From Spirochaetia bacterium (GTDB taxonomy: Bacteria > Spirochaetota > Spirochaetia > SP-2023): DNA of 64,000 nt. Of this stretch, positions 1 through 10,109 are shown piece after piece. The notes under the pieces are model-generated. The model worked only from the letters and a program-made list of their open reading frames with translations, had not been told where the DNA came from and did no database searches. Each line of letters starts with the position of its first letter. Position 1 is the first letter of the stretch. The stretch lies in the NCBI GenBank assembly GCA_965225855.1, contig CBDDCK010000005.1, forward strand, positions 1,088,001 to 1,152,000, given 5' to 3'. The translations under genes and the position numbers were made by a program.

Positions 1-8
1 TCGGAGTA

Positions 9-3000
9 ATCTACAACAGTAGAAATTAAATAGTGTCCTTAGACCTATTACTTCCCCATACACTCAACCTCATCTACAACAGTAGAAATTAAATAGTGTC
101 CTTAGACGCCATAAGTAACAGAAAGACCAGACCTAATCTACAACAGTAGAAATTAAATAGTGTCCTTAGACTTTTTGGTATTCCAAATACCTGAAACTAT
201 CTACAACAGTAGAAATTAAATAGTGTCCTTAGACAACCAGATACAAATTAATCTAAACAAAATCTACAACAGTAGAAATTAAATAGTGTCCTTAGACAAA
301 AAATCTAAATATGGGAATTTTAAAAATCTACAACAGTAGAAATTAAATAGTGTCCTTAGACCTGCAAACATTAGCCATTTTTGACCAAAATCTACAACAG
401 TAGAAATTAAATAGTGTCCTTAGACTATCCTTTTTTCAATATCTTTTATACATCTACAACAGTAGAAATTAAATAGTGTCCTTAGACAGCCAGCGCAAAA
501 TGCAAATTTTTATATCTACAACAGTAGAAATTAAATAGTGTCCTTAGACGAGTACATTACCTCGGAAAAGCACAGCGATCTACAACAGTAGAAATTAAAT
601 AGTGTCCTTAGACTTTCTATATTTTTGCCTTAGCATTAATCTACAACAGTAGAAATTAAATAGTGTCCTTAGACGAGTACATTACCTCGGAAAAGCACAG
701 CGATCTACAACAGTAGAAATTAAATAGTGTCCTTAGACTTAAATAAGTGAGCAATTTTTCATCCGAATCTACAACAGTAGAAATTAAATAGTGTCCTTAG
801 ACTTTGTAGATGAAGCGCACCGAGGTAAATCTACAACAGTAGAAATTAAATAGTGTCCTTAGACTGCAAAAATATCTAAAAAAAGAACTCATATCTACAA
901 CAGTAGAAATTAAATAGTGTCCTTAGACTGCTTCTGCTTCTGTCGTTGTATTTTTATCTACAACAGTAGAAATTAAATAGTGTCCTTAGACTAACACGAC
1001 TACCTTTAAAAGTAATAATCTACAACAGTAGAAATTAAATAGTGTCCTTAGACGATAAAGATTAGATATTTATCCCATATATCTACAACAGTAGAAATTA
1101 AATAGTGTCCTTAGACTGCAAAAATATCTAAAAAAAGAACTCATATCTACAACAGTAGAAATTAAATAGTGTCCTTAGACATAATTCTTTTATTTTCCAC
1201 CCCTAAATCTACAACAGTAGAAATTAAATAGTGTCCTTAGACTTGTAACGGGTAAAGTTTTAAAGCACAAATCTACAACAGTAGAAATTAAATAGTGTCC
1301 TTAGACGGTATATTAGTACCTTGCACTACCAGATCTACAACAGTAGAAATTAAATAGTGTCCTTAGACTTTGTTAGCTGCACGCAATTCACCTGATCTAC
1401 AACAGTAGAAATTAAATAGTGTCCTTAGACTCTCTTTGAGCATCCATTTTTTATTTGGATCTACAACAGTAGAAATTAAATAGTGTCCTTAGACTCTCTT
1501 TGAGCATCCATTTTTTATTTGGATCTACAACAGTAGAAATTAAATAGTGTCCTTAGACTCTCTTTGAGCATCCATTTTTTATTTGGATCTACAACAGTAG
1601 AAATTAAATAGTGTCCTTAGACAGCAAGTTTCTCCGCTTGGGCTCTCAATCTACAACAGTAGAAATTAAATAGTGTCCTTAGACGTCTATCCACCACGCG
1701 GATTGATTGAACTCTTTGAGCATCCATTTTTTATTTGGATCTACAACAGTAGAAATTAAATAGTGTCCTTAGACAGCAAGTTTCTCCGCTTGGGCTCTCA
1801 ATCTACAACAGTAGAAATTAAATAGTGTCCTTAGACGAAATATATTGATATGTAACCACGACTATCTACAACAGTAGAAATTAAATAGTGTCCTTAGACT
1901 AGACCTAAATTAATTGCATAATACAAGATCTACAACAGTAGAAATTAAATAGTGTCCTTAGACCCAGCTGCTAGAGGCAGCTGGGGCTTAATCTACAACA
2001 GTAGAAATTAAATAGTGTCCTTAGACTAGACCTAAATTAATTGCATAATACAAGATCTACAACAGTAGAAATTAAATAGTGTCCTTAGACATAAGGCTAG
2101 ATGACACCTTCTTTACTATCTACAACAGTAGAAATTAAATAGTGTCCTTAGACGAACAAGGATTAAATCCATTCAACAGGATCTACAACAGTAGAAATTA
2201 AATAGTGTCCTTAGACCCCGATATGGCTTAGATACAAAAGCTAGATCTACAACAGTAGAAATTAAATAGTGTCCTTAGACTACTTGACGAACCAACAGAA
2301 AAATAAATCTACAACAGTAGAAATTAAATAGTGTCCTTAGACTTCAAATAGCAGCAGATAAGCAAATTGCATCTACAACAGTAGAAATTAAATAGTGTCC
2401 TTAGACCTACAATGCAAGCATTGTAATCGGTATGATCTACAACAGTAGAAATTAAATAGTGTCCTTAGACTGTTAGGTGGAAAAGGAAGAGAGAAGGATC
2501 TACAACAGTAGAAATTAAATAGTGTCCTTAGACACCTCGAATATACAGACCCAAGCCCAATCTACAACAGTAGAAATTAAATAGTGTCCTTAGACAATCG
2601 ACAATAAAGAAAAAAGGTAAAATCTACAACAGTAGAAATTAAATAGTGTCCTTAGACGTTAGCCGAATTGCAAAACGACTGAATATCTACAACAGTAGAA
2701 ATTAAATAGTGTCCTTAGACATTGCAAGACGATGCTGTAAGTCAAAAATCTACAACAGTAGAAATTAAATAGTGTCCTTAGACATTGTTCAGCTTTATGA
2801 AGAAATTTTGAATCTACAACAGTAGAAATTAAATAGTGTCCTTAGACGCGAAAAGCCATAACCACGGGCAATTATCTACAACAGTAGAAATTAAATAGTG
2901 TCCTTAGACTTCTATCATTATTGCGCCCTTGATGGATCTACAACAGTAGAAATTAAATAGTGTCCTTAGACCTTCTATTCAGAGGCGTGTTGCTGACCTA

Positions 3001-6000
3001 TCTACAACAGTAGAAATTAAATAGTGTCCTTAGACTGTCGCTCTATGGAAGTACCCTTCAATCTACAACAGTAGAAATTAAATAGTGTCCTTAGACACTG
3101 GAACTTAACAAAGACGGACTTGATCTACAACAGTAGAAATTAAATAGTGTCCTTAGACAGCAATCTTAGAAAAAATGGATAGGGAATCTACAACAGTAGA
3201 AATTAAATAGTGTCCTTAGACACCAAGCCTATTAAATCTATTGGTTGGATCTACAACAGTAGAAATTAAATAGTGTCCTTAGACAACGGTACACACTCTA
3301 ATTCACGAGTGATCTACAACAGTAGAAATTAAATAGTGTCCTTAGACGTTAGATTTTGTGGACATAACTTTTTATCTACAACAGTAGAAATTAAATAGTG
3401 TCCTTAGACCCCAGCTTTACTGCCAAGGATATTTTATCTACAACAGTAGAAATTAAATAGTGTCCTTAGACCCCAGCTTTACTGCCAAGGATATTTTATC
3501 TACAACAGTAGAAATTAAATAGTGTCCTTAGACCCCAGCTTTACTGCCAAGGATATTTTATCTACAACAGTAGAAATTAAATAGTGTCCTTAGACTGGCT
3601 ATAACACTATCCCCCACAAGAAAATCTACAACAGTAGAAATTAAATAGTGTCCTTAGACATTCTATCATGTTTTTAAGCGAAAATATCTACAACAGTAGA
3701 AATTAAATAGTGTCCTTAGACTTAACCGTACAAGGTACTGACTTAAATCTACAACAGTAGAAATTAAATAGTGTCCTTAGACTATTACTTCTCCCTACAC
3801 CCAACCTCTATCTACAACAGTAGAAATTAAATAGTGTCCTTAGACTAACTGTCTGCTCAATTTGTCTCCTACATCTACAACAGTAGAAATTAAATAGTGT
3901 CCTTAGACAAGGTCGGTATCGAGACGATCGTGAAATCTACAACAGTAGAAATTAAATAGTGTCCTTAGACTTTCAGAGGTCTTACAGACTTCTGGTACAT
4001 CTACAACAGTAGAAATTAAATAGTGTCCTTAGACTAATGTAAATGGTAATATAGATTATGAATCTACAACAGTAGAAATTAAATAGTGTCCTTAGACCTA
4101 GCGAAGAAACAATCAAAGCTAGTCAATCTACAACAGTAGAAATTAAATAGTGTCCTTAGACCTAGCGAAGAAACAATCAAAGCTAGTCAATCTACAACAG
4201 TAGAAATTAAATAGTGTCCTTAGACTAGTAATATAACTTGCGGCGCTATCGAATCTACAACAGTAGAAATTAAATAGTGTCCTTAGACCCTGAATAAAAT
4301 AGCTAGTAACGCCGAATCTACAACAGTAGAAATTAAATAGTGTCCTTAGACCGTCCAACGATAACGGATATAACGAAACATCTACAACAGTAGAAATTAA
4401 ATAGTGTCCTTAGACATCATATCAATAATTTATATTCTTTAATCTACAACAGTAGAAATTAAATAGTGTCCTTAGACATTGAACGGCAAGCAGGCCTAAA
4501 TAGTATCTACAACAGTAGAAATTAAATAGTGTCCTTAGACATTAAAAGATGTTACTTTTGGCCAAAGTATCTACAACAGTAGAAATTAAATAGTGTCCTT
4601 AGACCTAGCACTAGCACTAGCACACAAACAATCTACAACAGTAGAAATTAAATAGTGTCCTTAGACTATACTACGAGGGCAGTCCTTTGTTCCCATCTAC
4701 AACAGTAGAAATTAAATAGTGTCCTTAGACTCCGTCACACAAGGAAAAAACGATAGATCTACAACAGTAGAAATTAAATAGTGTCCTTAGACCTCCGAAA
4801 CCTTAACACCAGCAGACTTGATCTACAACAGTAGAAATTAAATAGTGTCCTTAGACAACCTTCACACCCATTCTCTACAATCATCTACAACAGTAGAAAT
4901 TAAATAGTGTCCTTAGACTATTGCCATAAATGCCGATACTATAAATCTACAACAGTAGAAATTAAATAGTGTCCTTAGACTTCTGTAGCCTTGGATAAGG
5001 CTGCTTTATCTACAACAGTAGAAATTAAATAGTGTCCTTAGACCCTTTTAGGGTGCTTGGGGGACTGGTATAATCTACAACAGTAGAAATTAAATAGTGT
5101 CCTTAGACATAAATTGGAATTATAACATGCTATCTATCTACAACAGTAGAAATTAAATAGTGTCCTTAGACCAACCTGCCATCCTCACACAGCCCTAATC
5201 TACAACAGTAGAAATTAAATAGTGTCCTTAGACTCATAATCCTTATTAAATCTCTCTTTCTAATCTACAACAGTAGAAATTAAATAGTGTCCTTAGACTA
5301 TATGGTTGCTATGAATAAACATACATATCTACAACAGTAGAAATTAAATAGTGTCCTTAGACCGAAAAGTTAAGTATGGAAGAACTAAAAATCTACAACA
5401 GTAGAAATTAAATAGTGTCCTTAGACTTCTCGCCACCTGCAAGCAATTCAATATCTACAACAGTAGAAATTAAATAGTGTCCTTAGACATTCCCCGCAGT
5501 CTTATAAGCACTGCCATCTACAACAGTAGAAATTAAATAGTGTCCTTAGACATACCAATATAAAACCTAAAAACAACCATCTACAACAGTAGAAATTAAA
5601 TAGTGTCCTTAGACGACCCAATGGGTGCTGGTGCTAGTATGCTATCTACAACAGTAGAAATTAAATAGTGTCCTTAGACAATGCACAATCTGCAGGAAAG
5701 ATTTATCTACAACAGTAGAAATTAAATAGTGTCCTTAGACAGGCTCAATATAAGAATCGTGTTCTGATCTACAACAGTAGAAATTAAATAGTGTCCTTAG
5801 ACCTGAAATTCCAGCAAGTGCCCGCAAGAGGATCTACAACAGTAGAAATTAAATAGTGTCCTTAGACTTGGCACCAGCTAAACTACTGGAAATATATCTA
5901 CAACAGTAGAAATTAAATAGTGTCCTTAGACTAGAAAATATTGCTACTTCCGAGAGAATCTACAACAGTAGAAATTAAATAGTGTCCTTAGACATATCGG

Positions 6001-6684
6001 CTTTAGATGTTGGCTTTGGATCTACAACAGTAGAAATTAAATAGTGTCCTTAGACTTTAATAATTTATGTAAAATAAAATTATATCTACAACAGTAGAAA
6101 TTAAATAGTGTCCTTAGACAAAAAACAAACACCCGAACAGCTTGCATCTACAACAGTAGAAATTAAATAGTGTCCTTAGACAACCTAAGGAAACAAGGAA
6201 ACCTAAGATCTACAACAGTAGAAATTAAATAGTGTCCTTAGACACTAACACAAGCAAGCATAAACAGGATCTACAACAGTAGAAATTAAATAGTGTCCTT
6301 AGACAAGAAATTGAAAATATTCTAATCTTAAATCTACAACAGTAGAAATTAAATAGTGTCCTTAGACATATCGACAACTTAAGAAAACACTTAAGATCTA
6401 CAACAGTAGAAATTAAATAGTGTCCTTAGACAGATAATTCGCTTTTGGATTCATCTATATCTACAACAGTAGAAATTAAATAGTGTCCTTAGACAAGTCT
6501 AAATAATAATTTGCCAGATTTAATCTACAACAGTAGAAATTAAATAGTGTCCTTAGACAGTTTTTTGAAGACCTTTCTGGTACGATCTACAACAGTAGAA
6601 ATTAAATAGTGTCCTTAGACTTGAAGGAATTGAGGAGGGATGATAATAATCTACAACAGTAGAAATTAAATAGTGTCCTTAGAC
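9..6684 (-). CRISPR. Type V-A (Cas12a/Cpf1-type) CRISPR array, about 106 repeats, open at the left edge
   Basis: 36-nt repeat ATCTACAACAGTAGAAATTAAATAGTGTCCTTAGAC, reverse complement GTCTAAGGACACTATTTAATTTCTACTGTTGTAGAT. The 3' part AATTTCTACTGTTGTAGAT is the canonical Cas12a crRNA handle. Spacers are mostly 25-29 nt. Orientation is from the handle and from cas4 lying upstream on the minus strand. Confidence 0.98.
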
Positions 6685-6704
6685 TGTTCAATTTCACTCT
6701 CTTT

Positions 6705-6962
6705 TTATCGATTTTTACTATCGTAGCGGTCGATTTTTCCGCATAGCCCATATTTTTCAGAATACGCAAAAATAGACTGGAACATCGATTTTGCTGTGCT
6801 GTATTTTTGCTTATCAATATTTATGTGAGCAGCCAGTCCTCTGCGCTGGGGCTCTTCATGATAGAAGTAGGTTGAGGTCTGTCCGTACAGTTGGTGAAAA
6901 TAGAGCGACCTAGGGCAAAACATAAAATCATTTAGATATGAAATGGGAATATAACTTTCCAA
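6705..6962 (-). pseudogene. cas4: Truncated type V-A-associated Cas4 (N-terminal 85 aa only)
   Basis: ISYLNDFMFCPRSLYFH, G..AH and YSEKYGLCGKID match the Cas4 N-terminus and RecB-like motifs. It stops at DSKNR*, before the ExK motif and the C-terminal cysteines, 20 nt from the first repeat. TTG start. Confidence 0.88.
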
Positions 6963-7059
6963 AATAAAATTACCTTAGAATTTTTTAAAAAATATACTGT
7001 GAAACTATTTTAGAAAAGCAACCAACCTGCGCTAAATTATCAAAGAACTTTTTATGTAC

Positions 7060-7575
7060 TCATACGAATAGAAAGAAAAGCAAACCGATTTTATGAATAA
7101 GAGAAAGGAGACGGCTTAAAGATTCTAACTGCTGCTCATATACATATTGCTTTATCATTTCCAATCCTCCCAAATCCATTATATAAGATGAAAATCCTGA
7201 AGATTTTGCCGTTAATTGTTTTAGATGTTCTTCAAACTTTTCCCATTCATTGTTCATTCTACCAGTATTTTGTTGCTCAAGTCCATAAGTTTTTAAAGCA
7301 TGATAAGATAAAGCAATGGTTTCGATATGAACAAAAAGGCAAAGAGGTAAGCTGTCTATTTTCTTATTATCAAAGTAATGCAACTCCCTTAGTAAGGGAT
7401 ATGTTCCTTTTCCAGCTGCAATTTTCTTTTTTTGCCTTTCTGCTAACTTCTTGTAGAGTTTATATAATTGTTTGTGGTCTAATGCTACAACCACACCACA
7501 AACAAAAGATTTAAGCTTTTTATCAAAAAGGTCAAATTTACCAGTTTCATCAAGGCCTACATACCATGTTGTCAT
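7060..7575 (-). CDS. Hypothetical protein with N-terminal RNase H-fold/DUF3800-like motif
   Basis: N-terminal YVGLDETG followed by FVCGVVV and RELHY resembles the DUF3800-type (Y..DESG ... ELH) pattern. May be internally deleted. Confidence 0.5.
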   Translation of the reverse strand: MTTWYVGLDETGKFDLFDKKLKSFVCGVVVALDHKQLYKLYKKLAERQKKKIAAGKGTYPLLRELHYFDNKKIDSLPLCLFVHIETIALSYHALKTYGLEQQNTGRMNNEWEKFEEHLKQLTAKSSGFSSYIMDLGGLEMIKQYVYEQQLESLSRLLSLIHKIGLLFFLFV

Positions 7576-7731
7576 TACAAAACCTGCCTAATTTTTTTAA
7601 TATTGTAAAAAGTTAACCAAAATACTGATTTTTGATTTTTTGGCAACTTAGGTGATTATTGACCATATAAGTCTTATCATATCCAAATGATATAAAAACC
7701 CAACAAAGTAGAAATAAAATATTGTCCTAAA

Positions 7732-9021
7732 TTAGGATTCAAAACGTTTGATTAACGAACAGCAGTTAATGCCACCGAAACCAAAAGAATTTTTGAGCAT
7801 CAAATTGATATGATGCTCTACGACTTTATTGGCACAAAGCTCTAATCCTTCAATTTCAGGGTCGGGATCATCAAGGTTGATAGTCGGGTGCAGCTTGCCG
7901 TATTGCATGGACTTCAAAGCCCCAACAGTTTCCACCAAGGGGGAAGCCCAACAAGTATGCCCTAACATGGACTTAGGCGCATTGAGCTTAATGTTGGCAA
8001 TATGTGGGCCAAACACATTTTTCAAAGCCAAGATTTCCTGTAAATCCCCCTCATAAGTACTGGTAGCATGGCAGTTGATATAATCAATTTGTTCGGGATC
8101 AACGCCGGCCATAGCCAAAGCTTTTTTTATTACATGTTCTTGATGTTTAGCACCGGGGAGCGGCAAATGATTGGCATTGGCGTTGGCAGCAACCCCCAGC
8201 AATTCACCATAAATTTTGGCATTGCGTCTTTCAGCCCGCTCTAAAGTTTCCAAAACCAAAGTGGCCCCACCATGGGAATATAAAAAACCACAGCGGCCTT
8301 TATCAAACGGACGCGATGCCCTAGCGGGTTGATTTTGATATTCAGGTTTTATCACCACCGCACTCAAAACAATGGAAGCTTGAATATCGGCTGGAGAAAC
8401 ATCAAAAGGAGGGCCTACCACTAAAGCTGTATCGCATTCGCCAGACATAATGTCGATATAGCCTTGACGCAAGGCCAAGTTACCACTGGCACAAGCACCA
8501 CCTAAAGTAAACGAGGGCCCGTGCAAACCTAAAGTTTCTGAAATAATAGCAGGTAAATTGGGGTCAATCGCGTCAATACTGGAAAGCGGCTCAATAAAAT
8601 CAGGGTCTTTCATAAAATTGCGATAATTTTCAAAAATGTAGTTTGAATTAAAATTGTGCCCAGCCACAGGTAAACTGACATTGCGCAAATCAAAAGGCGG
8701 TGTTTCAAAAAGTTTTGCATCTTCCCAAGCTTGCATGGTAGCAATCAAAGCCATTTTTGCCGAAAATGTAGTACCGCGGAACAGCTTGCGTACAGCCTTG
8801 AGTTTCTGGTCTTCAAAATATTGCCAAAATGGTTGCATCGCAGTAGCAGTATCAAAATAACCCATATCGCCACCAATTTGGCATTCGAGCGCGCTCATAT
8901 CCAAACTTTGCCAGCGGTTTATACCGGATTTTCCCATCAAGAGATTTTGGTAAAATTCTTCTGAATTGGCACCCAAAGGGTTTACCGTGCCGATGCCTGT
9001 AATCACAATTCGATTTTTCAT
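7732..9021 (-). CDS. fabF: Beta-ketoacyl-ACP synthase (FabF-like)
   Basis: RIVITGIGTVNPLG, GACASG (Cys), NCHATST, KSMLGH, SRPFD and NSFGFGG motifs. Confidence 0.88.
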   Translation of the reverse strand: MKNRIVITGIGTVNPLGANSEEFYQNLLMGKSGINRWQSLDMSALECQIGGDMGYFDTATAMQPFWQYFEDQKLKAVRKLFRGTTFSAKMALIATMQAWEDAKLFETPPFDLRNVSLPVAGHNFNSNYIFENYRNFMKDPDFIEPLSSIDAIDPNLPAIISETLGLHGPSFTLGGACASGNLALRQGYIDIMSGECDTALVVGPPFDVSPADIQASIVLSAVVIKPEYQNQPARASRPFDKGRCGFLYSHGGATLVLETLERAERRNAKIYGELLGVAANANANHLPLPGAKHQEHVIKKALAMAGVDPEQIDYINCHATSTYEGDLQEILALKNVFGPHIANIKLNAPKSMLGHTCWASPLVETVGALKSMQYGKLHPTINLDDPDPEIEGLELCANKVVEHHINLMLKNSFGFGGINCCSLIKRFES

Positions 9022-9113
9022 ATTGTACTCCGCTTAGCTTCGTGTTTCGTTTCCGTTTTAATTTAGTTTTGCAGCGTTCACAAAATTTGTAGTGGACTTG
9101 CCAAACCAAATAT

Positions 9114-10055
9114 TTATTTTGTAAAGGCTTTTATCTGTGTCAAAGTGCCCAAAGGTATACAAGGTTCTTTTCGCAGGAACTGCTTCCACAAACCACTGAG
9201 CACCGCACCTGGACCAATTTCCAATGCTTGGCCACAGCCATCGGCTTTTAAGGCTTTTTCAATATCGAGCCACCGCACCAGACTATAAATTTGCTGTAAT
9301 TCCATTTCTAGTAAATTGCTATCCGGTTCAACTTTCTGGCCACTGACATTGGAATATAGGCTCAATTGGGGGGCATTCAATTGTATTTTGCTGCGCAAAA
9401 AGGGGCCAAATTCTTTAGCCGCTTGCTCCATCAATGGTGTGTGAAACGGCCCGCTAACTTTTAAAATTACATATTTCATGGCACCCGCTACATCAAGAAT
9501 GGCTTGCGCTTCGGCAATAGCAGTATTGCTGCCTGCAATGACAATTTGTTTTGCAGCGTTGTGATTGGCAATATAAATGGGCTTGCCGTTATCCTGCATA
9601 GGTAGCAGAGCTTTGGCTACTTCGTCATAATCCAAGCCTAGCACAGCAGCCATGCCACCACCGCCTATTTCTGTGTTAATTTGTTGAGTGCATTTATCCA
9701 TCAGCTTACTGCGTTCAACCACAGCGCGAAATATGTCCTCGGTAGATAATACTCCCGCATACCACAATGCTGAATATTCCCCCAAGCTATGACCTGCTGT
9801 GGCAACCGCTTTAAGACCTTTTTCGCGCAATACTGTAGCTACACTCAAATTAACCAAAGTAATTCCGGGCTGGGCAATATTGGTTTGCTTTAGTTGATCT
9901 TCACCACCTTCAAATAGAATTTTTTTAAAATCCAATAAAGCTATATCGCTAGCACACTCGAACAATCCCCGAACATTGGCAAAACTATCATAAAAATCTT
10001 GCCCCATACCCGGATACTGGGCCCCTTGACCGGGAAATAAGAATATATAGCTCAT
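9114..10055 (-). CDS. fabD: Malonyl-CoA:ACP transacylase
   Basis: FPGQGAQ, GHSLGEY, SGPFHTPLM and EIGPG motifs. Confidence 0.95.
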   Translation of the reverse strand: MSYIFLFPGQGAQYPGMGQDFYDSFANVRGLFECASDIALLDFKKILFEGGEDQLKQTNIAQPGITLVNLSVATVLREKGLKAVATAGHSLGEYSALWYAGVLSTEDIFRAVVERSKLMDKCTQQINTEIGGGGMAAVLGLDYDEVAKALLPMQDNGKPIYIANHNAAKQIVIAGSNTAIAEAQAILDVAGAMKYVILKVSGPFHTPLMEQAAKEFGPFLRSKIQLNAPQLSLYSNVSGQKVEPDSNLLEMELQQIYSLVRWLDIEKALKADGCGQALEIGPGAVLSGLWKQFLRKEPCIPLGTLTQIKAFTK

Positions 10056-10109
10056 TACATTTTCCTTTAATACTAGCTTCTACTTAAATTGCAAAAGCAA
10101 TCTTATTGG

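Noticed and set aside
4143..4358. 71-aa ORF inside the CRISPR array, and the similar ORF 6602-6817
   Set aside because: Translation of repeats and spacers (LRTLFNFYCCR recurs); not genes.
4605..4630. Spacer CTAGCACTAGCACTAGCAC... versus CTAGCACTAGCA near 57120 as self-targeting
   Set aside because: Only about 12 nt of low-complexity match.
6685..7060. tracrRNA or anti-repeat near the array
   Set aside because: No repeat-complementary stretch seen, and type V-A does not need one.
7188..7514. Plus-strand 108-aa ORF
   Set aside because: Antisense shadow of 7060-7575 with no recognisable motif.
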